A stretch of DNA of 64,000 nucleotides from an uncultured Bacteroidota bacterium (GTDB lineage Bacteria; Bacteroidota; Ignavibacteria; Kryptoniales; JAKASW01): assembly GCA_963790995.1 (NCBI GenBank), contig CAWBQQ010000001.1, positions 2,911,380 to 2,975,379 of the forward strand. Direction: 5' to 3'. The notes beneath the pieces are model-generated. The model saw nothing but the letters and a program-made list of their open reading frames with translations, ran no database searches and was not told the DNA's origin. Within the stretch, counting starts at the first letter, position 1. The number at the start of each line of letters is the position of its first letter. The position numbers and the translations under genes were made by a program. Shown here piece after piece: positions 41,574-50,436 of the stretch.

Positions 41574-43210
41574 GGATTCTTTGCGCTCGATTTCAATTTC
41601 GCCCTGGCGTAAATGAAAGAAATTGTAAGCAGAGCCATGCCGAGTATGAGAAGCGATATGATTCGCAAAGTCGGCTCAAGTTTGATTATCCCCACAATCA
41701 AAAGATAGAGAGCGGTTAATATGAAAGTGGATAATGCCATCCAGCGATATTTCATATTGTTCAGGATTAAACTGATTATATAATACAATATTGCAACAGC
41801 CAGCCAGGACAGGCTTATGTAGCCTGCCGGGACAGTGTGATACAATGCGTATGGAAAAATAAAGAACGCAGCAATCAAATACGCAGTCCGCATCGTATCG
41901 GTCTTAAGCTCCAAACGATGCTTCTGCCAGCTCAAGACTCGCGCGCTCAAGAGTGCAACTACGCCGAAGCTAAGGCTGGTGATGTTGACGGCGCCGGCCA
42001 CGATCAGGTAAGTGATAAATATGATCGTATAGATGACAAAATTGGTAACAACAACGAATTTAGAGCGAAACCACACTGCAGTTGAGACAACAAGCAGGCT
42101 TTGCCAACACAACCAGATGAAAGAATCGGGCGTTTTGAACTGTGCCACTATAGCAACGGTCAACGCAGCGTATCCTGTCATTGCATAGAAGAATGTTTGG
42201 AACCTGCTTTTCTCTCGCAGCCAGAAAGCGATTGCGAGAGCAATGAACATCACGGAAGCAATGAGATGAAAAAGGGGAAGCCTCTCCTGGAATTCCGCAA
42301 CTGTCAGCACCAAGTAAAGTCCGTATCCTATAAAACAGTTAAGCAATGAAATTACGATTACAATGCTGTTTTCTTTGAGATCCTTCTCTCGAAAGTAAAT
42401 CGCCGAGGCAAATATCAAGGCATAAAGAAGAATAAACAATGCACCACCATATGGCGACGCCCTGAACTCAATCGGATTGCCGGCAACAGGATTATTCATA
42501 AGCCACATGGTTTGTGCGAAGTTTGTCAGGATAATTCCGAAAACGACGAGACTGTACCATTTATATCTAATCGAGAGATAAACAACCAGAAGAGAAGTGA
42601 CGGTCGTTATTGTCAGGAATGAATACATCTGTTCGCTCATCAAAGCAGTTGCGTATCCCAATGTAAGACTCAAAGCTGTCAGGTACATGGAGTTTTGACG
42701 GATCGAGACGATCAGGCTTACTGCTGCAATCAGTAATAGCAAGAACACCTCAGGTGCTATGCCGCTTAGTACAGGTTGTTGTGCGAAGTAGTGCAGCCGA
42801 AGTGCGGCAGAGAAGAGCAGAATCAGTCCGCCCCCGAGCGAATAGCCGGATAGAAATGGAAAGGACTTGCGTAAATATGGGGAGAATAAAAGAACGGATC
42901 CGGCAAGAACAAATCCTAGTATAGGCGCGAACGTCGGCGAGAGATCGTGGTACGGCAGGAGCAATAGAAAGACGATTCCTGTGATGAGCGCGGCTATCCC
43001 AGCCTTTGCAAACCAATAGAGGCCGATCTTTAGCTCGAGTGTTTCCCTTTGGGCCGCCGGAGGCTGCTCTGCTGCTTTATCTTCCCGCCCGTTCTGCTCG
43101 ATCGGTTCGAGATCGAGATGCCGCTCTATCCTGGAAAGTCTGGCTTCTAAGTTTGCCAAAATCCGGTTCAAAGGTTCAGCTTCGTCACGTCGTTCAGAGT
43201 CTTCTGTCAT
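41570..43210 (-). CDS. polytopic membrane protein, DUF2339-like
   Basis: N-terminal coiled-coil segment (LNRILANLEARLSRIERHLDLEP) followed by more than 15 predicted TM helices. Confidence 0.55.
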   Translation of the reverse strand: MTEDSERRDEAEPLNRILANLEARLSRIERHLDLEPIEQNGREDKAAEQPPAAQRETLELKIGLYWFAKAGIAALITGIVFLLLLPYHDLSPTFAPILGFVLAGSVLLFSPYLRKSFPFLSGYSLGGGLILLFSAALRLHYFAQQPVLSGIAPEVFLLLLIAAVSLIVSIRQNSMYLTALSLTLGYATALMSEQMYSFLTITTVTSLLVVYLSIRYKWYSLVVFGIILTNFAQTMWLMNNPVAGNPIEFRASPYGGALFILLYALIFASAIYFREKDLKENSIVIVISLLNCFIGYGLYLVLTVAEFQERLPLFHLIASVMFIALAIAFWLREKSRFQTFFYAMTGYAALTVAIVAQFKTPDSFIWLCWQSLLVVSTAVWFRSKFVVVTNFVIYTIIFITYLIVAGAVNITSLSFGVVALLSARVLSWQKHRLELKTDTMRTAYLIAAFFIFPYALYHTVPAGYISLSWLAVAILYYIISLILNNMKYRWMALSTFILTALYLLIVGIIKLEPTLRIISLLILGMALLTISFIYARAKLKSSAKNP

Positions 43211-43233
43211 CCGGATTTCTCCTGTGCTGTTCC

Positions 43234-43485
43234 CTAACGCTTATCCAGCCGGGAGGCATGATAAACGGCATCTTTAGTAATATGTTTCAACAGAATACCA
43301 TGGTCATTCTTCGGAGCCAAAAGATAAATCTCGCCTGATAAAACTTGAAAGAGTGCACAAGCTTTCGTTGACAGAGCCGACGATATTTGTGACTGAAAAC
43401 TATTATCCCGTATGATATTTCTTTGTGGAAAAAGCAATTCCAGCAACTCTCCATTAATAGTGGCATGCCTGAAACCGGATGGCAT
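43234..43485 (-). CDS. hypothetical protein (83 aa)
   Basis: An ORF directly downstream of a good sigma-70-type promoter and upstream of the DUF2339-like gene. I recognise no family. Confidence 0.4.
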   Translation of the reverse strand: MPSGFRHATINGELLELLFPQRNIIRDNSFQSQISSALSTKACALFQVLSGEIYLLAPKNDHGILLKHITKDAVYHASRLDKR

Positions 43486-43511
43486 CGAAGTAGAAGTACG
43501 ATTTACCCGGC

Positions 43512-43540
43512 ATAATAACGGGCAGTTAGCTAATTGTCAA
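43512..43540 (-). promoter_or_regulatory. sigma-70-type promoter for the 83-aa ORF / DUF2339-like operon
   Basis: On the minus strand: TTGACA (43540-43535), a 17-nt spacer and TATTAT (43517-43512), about 26 nt upstream of the ATG at 43485. Confidence 0.45.
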
Positions 43541-43823
43541 GCCTGAACGTGACCAAAAGATAGTTTATGCGGGCACGGAAAGGTATCGCACTGAGCCATA
43601 GGCTCGTCAGCCATCAGTTGAGAATTCTCCAAATTAAGATATTAATTAGGTGGAATTCTCACCATAATGAATAATAAGTGCAATTCTACCGGAGGCTCAT
43701 GCGCCTCCGGTGCAGTGGCATCATCGTCTTGCGAAATGCCCAATCTAGGTGCTCAAGGCTTGTTCCTTAAACCCATGATGCTTAAAATAACGCGACAAGA
43801 AATCTAAAACGGAGGAGTATAAG

Positions 43824-45365
43824 ATGCATAAATTAATTCTATCGTGGTCTGTAATAATATGTTGTGCCTTCGTCGGCGCAGCCTCTGCCCGGCAAAACGG
43901 ACAAAGGCAAGATTCCACCCAAACCGAAATCCCAAAGCCTGTCCAGGTTGTGACGCACCATGTTATCACGATCAACGGCCAGGAAATTCATTATACCGCC
44001 ACCACTGGAACGCTCCTGCTGAAGAACGACCAGGATACTGCGGTTGCATTATTCGGATTCATAGCGTACACGAAGGACGGCGCGTCTAAGGACGATCGCC
44101 CGATAACTTTTGCGTACAACGGTGGGCCGGGCTCGTCTTCAATCTGGCTGCACATGGGCGCCCTGGGACCGAAAAAAGTGGTGATTGATGACCCTGAAGT
44201 AACGCCGCCCGCGCCGTACAAGATGGAAGATAATCCATATTCTCTGCTCGACGTAACCGACCTGGTGATGATTGATCCTGTTGGAACCGGTCTAAGTAAG
44301 CCGGTCGGGAAAGCGAAAGGCTCGGATTTCTGGGGTGTTGACGAGGATATCAAATCAGTCAGCCAATTTATCTTACAATACATTAGTGCAAACGACAGAT
44401 GGAACTCGCCGAAGTTTCTGCTGGGCGAAAGTTATGGAACAACGCGATCCGCAGGTGTTGCCGACTATCTTTTCGAGAATATGGGTATCACTGTGAACGG
44501 CGTTATTTTTGTCTCCACCGTCTTTAATTTTGAGACTCTCGAGTTCAGGAAAGGCAACGACTTGCCTTACATATTATACCTGCCCACGTACACCGCCGTA
44601 TCGTGGTACCACCACGCTTTGCCGGTTGAGGCATCTAATCTCGATTCGCTCTTGCAAGTGGTCAGGCAATTTGCAAAGGGAGAATATACGGATGCACTCT
44701 TCAAGGGTTCCTCAATCGACAGCATGAAGCTCAATGAGGTCGTCGACAAACTTTATGAATACACGGGCATATCTAAGTCTTACTGGAAGAACGCGAATCT
44801 AAGAGTGGACGAATCGCAGTTTACTGAAGAGCTACTCCGCGACCGTGGCGTCACAGTCGGACGACTGGATTCGCGGTACGAAGGCCCGACGGCCGATCTG
44901 TTAGGCGAATATTCGGATTACGACCCGCAAAGTACGGCAATAAGTCCCGTATTTATCACCGACTTCTTGAACTACTTCCACACCGATCTAAATTACCCGA
45001 CCGATCAGAACTATGTTATCGACGCGTACAATAATAAAGACTTCAAGTGGGATTGGAAACGCGGAGATCGGAGAGAATGGATGGGTTACCCCGATGTGTC
45101 GAGCGACCTCGCAGACATTATGCAGAGGGATCCATATTTGAACATCCTCGTTTTCAACGGCTACTTCGATCTTGCGACGCCCTTCTTTGCGACCGAGTAC
45201 ACCATGGACCACCTCGGGGAAAACATCCCGGGAGTCATGGACAGAATCCACATGAAATATTTCGATGCGGGCCACATGATGTACGTCAATCCAAAATCGC
45301 TTCCGGCCTTCAAGTCGGCGATTGCGGAGTTTATGGAGAGTATGGTGCATCCAAAGAAGAGGTGA
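43824..45365 (+). CDS. secreted serine carboxypeptidase, S10 family
   Basis: Signal peptide, then NGGPGSSS and GESYGT (catalytic Ser) blocks, and a late H in FDAGHMMY. Confidence 0.8.
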   Translation: MHKLILSWSVIICCAFVGAASARQNGQRQDSTQTEIPKPVQVVTHHVITINGQEIHYTATTGTLLLKNDQDTAVALFGFIAYTKDGASKDDRPITFAYNGGPGSSSIWLHMGALGPKKVVIDDPEVTPPAPYKMEDNPYSLLDVTDLVMIDPVGTGLSKPVGKAKGSDFWGVDEDIKSVSQFILQYISANDRWNSPKFLLGESYGTTRSAGVADYLFENMGITVNGVIFVSTVFNFETLEFRKGNDLPYILYLPTYTAVSWYHHALPVEASNLDSLLQVVRQFAKGEYTDALFKGSSIDSMKLNEVVDKLYEYTGISKSYWKNANLRVDESQFTEELLRDRGVTVGRLDSRYEGPTADLLGEYSDYDPQSTAISPVFITDFLNYFHTDLNYPTDQNYVIDAYNNKDFKWDWKRGDRREWMGYPDVSSDLADIMQRDPYLNILVFNGYFDLATPFFATEYTMDHLGENIPGVMDRIHMKYFDAGHMMYVNPKSLPAFKSAIAEFMESMVHPKKR

Positions 45366-45400
45366 CCCGCCGTTGGTCTGACTTCTTTGAAATAACCGCC

Positions 45401-45486
45401 ATGGACTTCTATATTTTCCCTGTGAGATAAATACACCGGTTGCAGTCTTGCCAGTGTTAGCGACGGTCCATCTCACAGGGTGAACC
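45401..45486 (+). repeat. hairpin repeat element, copy 1
   Basis: The arm CCCTGTGAGAT (45418-45428) pairs perfectly with ATCTCACAGGG (45470-45480). It shares ..ATGGA..TATATTT.CCC.GTGAGATA.AT.. and ..GTGTTA.CG.CGGTCCATCT.ACAGGGTGAACC with copies 2 and 3. It starts 36 nt after the S10 stop. Confidence 0.6.
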
Positions 45487-45675
45487 ATGCAAGTTGAACG
45501 TCTAGATGCCTTCATATCGGCTTTCCCGGGCGAATCATCTGCTTTCGATTCAAAATCTTAGACAAGGTCATTTGACTTCACCCCGGCCGCAGGCGACGGA
45601 GCCGGGCCCGACGTTGGTCCGACAACTCTCGGCCTCGAATTGAAATACACTTTCGGGAAAGGCCCGCTGACAAAA

Positions 45676-45826
45676 GGGAGTTGTGGAACTGAAAAGAAGG
45701 GAGTATTTGCAGTAATGGTGAGCATCGGCAATTGAAGACACAATCATCCCGCAGGGCCGAGTGTACTTGCAACTTCTTCAAGCTGGTACAATCGCTCCGG
45801 CGAAGAAACTTTTGCTGTTGAAATGA
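45676..45826 (+). pseudogene. remnant of a T9SS C-terminal sorting domain
   Basis: The translation ..VVELKRREYLQ*W*ASAIEDTIIPQGRVYLQLLQAGTIAPAKKLLLLK* parallels the tail ..REVETLINERQAAGSHSAAFNASSLPSGVYFYHLQAGSYSATKKLLLLK* of the next gene, but it has internal stops and no upstream body. Confidence 0.35.
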
Positions 45827-46103
45827 ATCTGTGGCTGGCGTCCAATCCGTTCCATCTCTGACGGACGGAAAGCGCATTATACCCGCGAACCTCAGAGAGA
45901 CACCATATCTTTTTGTGTGCACTTGCACTTCATGCAAATAAGAAATAACTTTTGGTGCCAAGGGGGGCGTCCAAAAAAGAAAGTAGGCTATTTCCCCTGC
46001 CGGAGACAGGGTAGGTCATAAGTACATAGGGAGAATTGCGCATGTCAGGATTCGGCTTTTAAACGCGACTCGTGGTCGCAATTCTAAAAAGGAGATAGAT
46101 ATC

Positions 46104-47897
46104 ATGTCTAGAAAACATTTCATCGCTTTGATGTTGGCTGCGAGTATCAGTTTTATGCTGGCAACCGCAAACGCACAAGAATTTCCCGTCGCCGTCGGAG
46201 GTGTATCGACATTTGCTCAGGGCGGAGCATTTGACGGGACTCATTACTTGTGGGGACTGGTCTCAGACAGTAACGATCTCACTGCCCAGTTTCTCAGCGC
46301 CGGGAACAGTTTGTACGGTTCCAGGTTCTCGTTAAACGCAAAAGGCACCGGCTTGAGAATTGCCTTCGATGGAACGAATTATCTTGCGGTGTGGACCGAT
46401 CCCTTCCCGTACTTTGCCAGCGGCGACACGAACGGCATCGGTAACCTTCACGGGCAATTCTTAACTACATCCGGGAGTTTTGTCGGGAATCAATTCACCA
46501 TTGCCACAGCCGTCAACATAAAATTCGGTCAAGGTCGCGGAGAACTTATTTTTAACGGTTCGGATTACATCTTGATGTATGAGAAGGGCGGTAATGACCA
46601 GGACCATTTATTCGGACAACTAATAGACAGATCTGGAAACCTCGTAGGCAGCCCGATTCAAATCAGCAGCAGCTACGCACGGGACATGTCTATCGGCTTT
46701 GATGGCACAAATTATTTGACGGCATGGTGTGAGGAGTCGGAGACTCAGGAAGATAATGTCTATGGACAGTTTTTCAGCAATCAGGGAACGCTCGTCGGCT
46801 CCAACTTTTTGATCGACGGCAGCCAGAATGCCAGCGACAATCCTGTCTCGGTGGCGTTTGACGGCTCAAGATATCTCGTGGCTTTTCATGACCAGGCTGC
46901 GGACGGCGTCAGATGGAATCTTTACGGCCGCTTTGTTTATCCTACCGGCAGTGTTGCACCGGATAAGATGACAATATGCGATTCAAGCAGGAGTCCGTTT
47001 AATGCATTCGTTGCATTTGATGGAACAAATTATCTGGCAACGTGGATCGAGGCTGTCGGGCCCATGAATGTGAAGGGAAGGTTTTTCTGCACCACTGGCG
47101 TGCCGATTGATACTGCATTTGAGGTGTTTGACACCCTCGGTGGCAAAGCGGCGGTTGGAGGGGTCTCCGATTTCGGAAACGGCCATTATAGATTAGGCGC
47201 TACTCGGGTGACCATGAATATGACGGACGGCGATGTATATGGAAAAACTATTGACCCATTATCGGTCGGAGGCAGCTCTTTGCTCGGGACCTGGACGAAA
47301 GCAAACGGACCGGCGGATGTGCTTACTTATTATTTCAACAGCAAGTCGCTCGTCACAATGTCGATGGATTTCGACACGCTTATGACCGCGAGTTACGCCG
47401 TGGATTCGTCTGTCACACCGCACCATATATCGTGGTACGCAAGCAGCGGCAAGCTCGGAAATCTCGGTATATGGAAAATCGAAGGAAATACCTTGACTGT
47501 AAAAGCCACCGGCGGCGACACGACCACATTCCCGACTACATTCGATCCCGAAACCAAGTATCCATCTGAAGCGACGGCTTACACAAAGGTGGCACAAGTT
47601 ACCGATGTGAAAACAAACGTGTCTGAAATGCCGAAGAGCTTTGGACTTTTCCAGAACTACCCGAACCCGTTCAACCCAAGCACAAAGATCAACTATCAAT
47701 TACCATTGAACAGTATCGTAACATTAAAGATTTACGATGTTCTGGGAAGAGAAGTCGAAACATTGATAAATGAACGACAAGCTGCCGGAAGTCATTCTGC
47801 TGCTTTCAACGCGAGCAGCTTACCGAGCGGCGTGTATTTCTATCACCTACAAGCTGGAAGTTATAGTGCGACGAAGAAACTTTTGCTGCTGAAATAA
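46104..47897 (+). CDS. secreted repeat protein with T9SS (Por) C-terminal sorting domain
   Basis: Signal peptide, six copies of an (A/G)FDG(T/S)xYL(x)W-type repeat, and the C-terminal FQNYPNPFNPSTKINYQL...VTLKIYDVLGREV...LPSGVYFY...KKLLLLK tail. Confidence 0.75.
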   Translation: MSRKHFIALMLAASISFMLATANAQEFPVAVGGVSTFAQGGAFDGTHYLWGLVSDSNDLTAQFLSAGNSLYGSRFSLNAKGTGLRIAFDGTNYLAVWTDPFPYFASGDTNGIGNLHGQFLTTSGSFVGNQFTIATAVNIKFGQGRGELIFNGSDYILMYEKGGNDQDHLFGQLIDRSGNLVGSPIQISSSYARDMSIGFDGTNYLTAWCEESETQEDNVYGQFFSNQGTLVGSNFLIDGSQNASDNPVSVAFDGSRYLVAFHDQAADGVRWNLYGRFVYPTGSVAPDKMTICDSSRSPFNAFVAFDGTNYLATWIEAVGPMNVKGRFFCTTGVPIDTAFEVFDTLGGKAAVGGVSDFGNGHYRLGATRVTMNMTDGDVYGKTIDPLSVGGSSLLGTWTKANGPADVLTYYFNSKSLVTMSMDFDTLMTASYAVDSSVTPHHISWYASSGKLGNLGIWKIEGNTLTVKATGGDTTTFPTTFDPETKYPSEATAYTKVAQVTDVKTNVSEMPKSFGLFQNYPNPFNPSTKINYQLPLNSIVTLKIYDVLGREVETLINERQAAGSHSAAFNASSLPSGVYFYHLQAGSYSATKKLLLLK

Positions 47898-47942
47898 GGT
47901 GACTTGGAGCCATAGGCTGTAGGCTAAGCGTGCCATATTCGT

Positions 47943-48039
47943 GACATTACAAAATGGAACAGATATATTTACCCCGTGAGATAAATGCTCAAATTCATTC
48001 ATAGCGGTGTTAACGGCGGTCCATCTTACAGGGTGAACC
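47943..48039 (+). repeat. hairpin repeat element, copy 2
   Basis: About 88% identical by eye to copy 3 over about 97 nt. The arms TTTACCCCGTGAGAT (47968-47982) and ATCTTACAGGGTGAA (48023-48037) pair at 9 of 11 core positions. It starts 46 nt after the stop of the T9SS cargo gene. Confidence 0.65.
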
Positions 48040-48285
48040 GCGTGAGACAAATCAGACGAGCGGCACGCAGAAAATCATCTAAAGAAGAATGTCACGTGAG
48101 GTTGATTGATCGCCCGTAGGGTCATGCTGGGGGTGAGTTGCGATTCGGAGTCATGCAGAAAATCTTATCGATTCAATAATCGGTGGCAGGGTGGCTGAAG
48201 CAAAGCTTGAATGAATATTACTCACGTGTTTGCCGGCGAACACATGTGAAACTTGAATATGCGGGATGACTGGACTAATTTAGGT

Positions 48286-48306
48286 TGTCATAATACTGGT
48301 ATGACA
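48286..48306 (+). promoter_or_regulatory. perfect inverted repeat upstream of the antitoxin gene (candidate autoregulatory operator)
   Basis: TGTCATA-N7-TATGACA at 48286-48306, immediately before the GGAGG RBS and the GTG start at 48321. Confidence 0.35.
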
Positions 48307-48320
48307 GGAGGAATCGATAA

Positions 48321-48554
48321 GTGATAAATAGTTTGAGAAGGAAGGTGGTTGTTAACGAAGAAGGGCGTGTTGAAGTGAATTCGCCGGAACTACATCGTGG
48401 AGACGTTGTCGAGATCATAGTGCTCGTTAATCCGGAGACTGATGAAACAGAATATCTATTGTCAACCGAAGCCAACCGGGCTCATTTGAGAGAATCTCTG
48501 CGAGAGTCGGAAAACAAAGAAGGATATAAATACATAGATCCGGATAAATTGTGA
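48321..48554 (+). CDS. type II antitoxin-like protein (AbrB/SpoVT-like N-terminus, Phd/YefM-like C-terminus)
   Basis: 77 aa. The segment ..EEGRVEVNSPELHRGDVVEIIVL.. resembles the swapped-hairpin fold. The segment ..ETEYLLSTEANRAHLRESLRE.. parallels ETAYLLRSPANARRLMDSI of E. coli YefM (from memory). No intact toxin gene follows. Confidence 0.55.
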   Translation: MINSLRRKVVVNEEGRVEVNSPELHRGDVVEIIVLVNPETDETEYLLSTEANRAHLRESLRESENKEGYKYIDPDKL

Positions 48555-48636
48555 GCCGCAATCGTTGGAATTGGTCATGGCTTGCAGCGACCCGGATGAG
48601 CGAACGGTATCAGCAGTGAGACATGGCCTGACTATC

Positions 48637-48733
48637 GACATTACAAAATGGAACGGCTACATTTACCCTGTGAGATAGATGATCAAATTCATCCATCGCG
48701 GTGTTAACGGCGGTACATCTCATAAGGTGAACC
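48637..48733 (+). repeat. hairpin repeat element, copy 3
   Basis: The sequence GACATTACAAAATGGAACGGCTACATTTACCCTGTGAGATAGATG...GTGTTAACGGCGGTACATCTCATAAGGTGAACC starts 83 nt after the antitoxin stop. Confidence 0.65.
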
Positions 48734-48880
48734 ACAAAAGATAAATCAAGAGGGCGACAATTAAGCAAGTATTTGCGCTCTTCATTGTTTGGAGGAGCGA
48801 GAGTCGTCAAAGAAAAGCACAATTGGATGGTCAGAGGGAACGGCAATTCAACTGGAATTGGGTTATATTTCAAATAGAAT

Positions 48881-49054
48881 ATGGCCACGCACCACAAAAT
48901 CATAATTGGCGACTCACGGAAGATGTCGGAGCTTCACGACGAGTCCGTTCATCTCGTCATCACCTCGCCGCCGTACTGGCAGCTAAAGGACTATGGGGAC
49001 GAAAACCAGATAGGGTTTCATGGGACATGCAGCTCGAAAGGATGTCACATTTGA
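48881..49054 (+). pseudogene. 5' stump of a beta-class N4/N6 DNA methyltransferase
   Basis: MATHHKIIIGDSRKMSELHDESVHLVITSPPYWQLKDYGDENQIGFH is the typical N-terminus and motif IV (SPPY) of PF01555-type MTases. Homology ends after codon 47 and a stop follows at 49052-49054. No AdoMet-binding half is found downstream. Confidence 0.6.
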
Positions 49055-50148
49055 AAGAAGCGCTGGTTCAATGGACTCTTTTGAATAACAAAGATCATCT
49101 ATCAAAGTGGTTGCAGTTTCCCTTTGCAAGAAGAGTAGGTCAGGAAATATCTACAGATTACGGAAGAATAGATTTTGTGTTGGAAAATCGAAATCATCAG
49201 CATTTGATAGTTGAATTGGAAACAACTCTGGATACTTCCTCAAAATTGAAATATTGCTTTGATCAAGTATTAAACTATAAAAATGTCTGGTTTACCCAAA
49301 ATCCTAAGAACACTAATTACTGTATTCTATATGCAGATGAAACGAATCCTGCCTCACATAAGCAAGTACGTGATTTTGGAAAAGAAAATGATGTCCTAAT
49401 AAAAACTTATTCTATAGAGGAGATCAAAAAACTCTACACTGAAACCATTGAAAGACTGAGCCTGAATGTTGGGCTTGCTCTTCCAAATCCTAAGAACTAT
49501 ACCATCTGTTTTTTACGCTGGCTAAATAAAATTCTCAAACCGTTCCATGATCTAAAAAAAGAAATCCTAACTTTCAGGGAGATATCAGCTCCTTTCACGG
49601 GAGCAACAAATTTTAATTGTTACAAAAGATTAGCTTTCGATTTTGAAATGATCGAAGAACGAAATAATAATTATCATCTGACAAAATATGGAAAGGAATA
49701 TATTGAAAACCTTAGCCCCTACGTATTCCAAACCAGCAATGTCCCGTCGGTTGATTTAACGAACGAGCAGAAGAGACTTCTGCTTAAGGTTTTAACCAAC
49801 GGTAATTGGGATGGCAAAGTCCACAAAATGAACGTCTATTGGTTTATGAGATTTGTTGAAGTAACCGATGGGAACTGGCTTCCAACCCGATCCCCATTTG
49901 ACAATGAAAGGTTAGAAATTGCAAAAGGGTTATTTAAAGTTTCATACAAGCATAAAACGATGAAACAGTTTCTGAATTGGTGTTGCAACTACTGCGAAGA
50001 ATTAGGGCTGATAGAAAGAATTAAGTCAACTACCGATTACGATAGACTTTTACTTACTCCACTTGGCGTCGAAGTCAACAACATTTTTAGTTTGGACTTG
50101 TCACTAAAGAAAAGCAGGATGAATTTAAGTTTCAAATATTCTGAATAA
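49042..50148 (+). CDS. hypothetical protein with an N-terminal NucS/DUF91-style nuclease-like core and two winged-helix-like segments
   Basis: This is the 3' part of ORF 48823-50148, with the start at ATG 49042 or 49027. It shows YGRIDFVLENRNHQHLIVELETT and a later DQVLNY; the canonical Lys is replaced by Thr. The ..YHLTKYGKEYIE.. and ..LLLTPLGVEV.. segments look like wHTH wings. The region is AT-rich, about one-third GC. Confidence 0.45.
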   Translation: MSHLKEALVQWTLLNNKDHLSKWLQFPFARRVGQEISTDYGRIDFVLENRNHQHLIVELETTLDTSSKLKYCFDQVLNYKNVWFTQNPKNTNYCILYADETNPASHKQVRDFGKENDVLIKTYSIEEIKKLYTETIERLSLNVGLALPNPKNYTICFLRWLNKILKPFHDLKKEILTFREISAPFTGATNFNCYKRLAFDFEMIEERNNNYHLTKYGKEYIENLSPYVFQTSNVPSVDLTNEQKRLLLKVLTNGNWDGKVHKMNVYWFMRFVEVTDGNWLPTRSPFDNERLEIAKGLFKVSYKHKTMKQFLNWCCNYCEELGLIERIKSTTDYDRLLLTPLGVEVNNIFSLDLSLKKSRMNLSFKYSE

Positions 50149-50436
50149 ATGGAAGAAGGCGACGAGTTCGAACGACTGTTCGTGGAATACAGGTTGGTAA
50201 ATAACCGATTTACTTTCGATGATCTATTTAGATCGCTGCTTCAAATGGGGCTCGACTACGAAGAGGCTAAAGACGCAATTTGCTATAACTGTTCCCTCAG
50301 TGCCATGATAATGCAGGAAAGGATATACAACAAATATTACCAAAAGATATCTGTGAGCGAAAAGATTTCTGGAGATTTGGAGGGGTTTAGAAACGAAATT
50401 CTTGCAAAGTGGATGCCTCCTTGGTCCTTCAATTGA
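50149..50436 (+). CDS. hypothetical protein (95 aa), translationally coupled to the upstream gene
   Basis: Its ATG directly abuts the upstream TAA (50146-50151). It has the same low GC content. No motif is recognised. Confidence 0.4.
   Translation: MEEGDEFERLFVEYRLVNNRFTFDDLFRSLLQMGLDYEEAKDAICYNCSLSAMIMQERIYNKYYQKISVSEKISGDLEGFRNEILAKWMPPWSFN

Noticed and set aside
43591-43602. The 12-mer GAGCCATAGGCT is shared with 47906-47917, and short matches to the repeat end GGTGAACC occur elsewhere, for example at 50692-50700.
   Set aside because: Exact 9-12-mers are expected many times by chance in 64 kb on both strands. The flanking sequence shows no extended similarity.
47650-47897. The T9SS tail-coding segments at 47650-47897 (+) and 55037-55290 (-) might form an inverted repeat pair that could invert the island between them.
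   Set aside because: Similarity is mainly at the protein level. Nucleotide identity is only about three-quarters by eye, with many synonymous differences, which is too low for efficient homologous recombination.
45401-48733. I considered that the three gene-proximal hairpin repeats might be integron attC sites marking a cassette array.
   Set aside because: The outer ends do not form the complementary RYYYAAC / GTTRRRY core pair. No intI integrase or attI is present, and the genes they follow (a 513-aa peptidase and a 597-aa T9SS protein) are not cassette-like.
48823-49041. The 5' extension of the 441-aa ORF (MDGQRERQFNWNW...) across the methyltransferase stump.
   Set aside because: This part is read in a different frame over sequence that clearly encodes the MTase N-terminus. 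GC content and sequence character change at about 49040, so the real start is taken as ATG 49027 or 49042.
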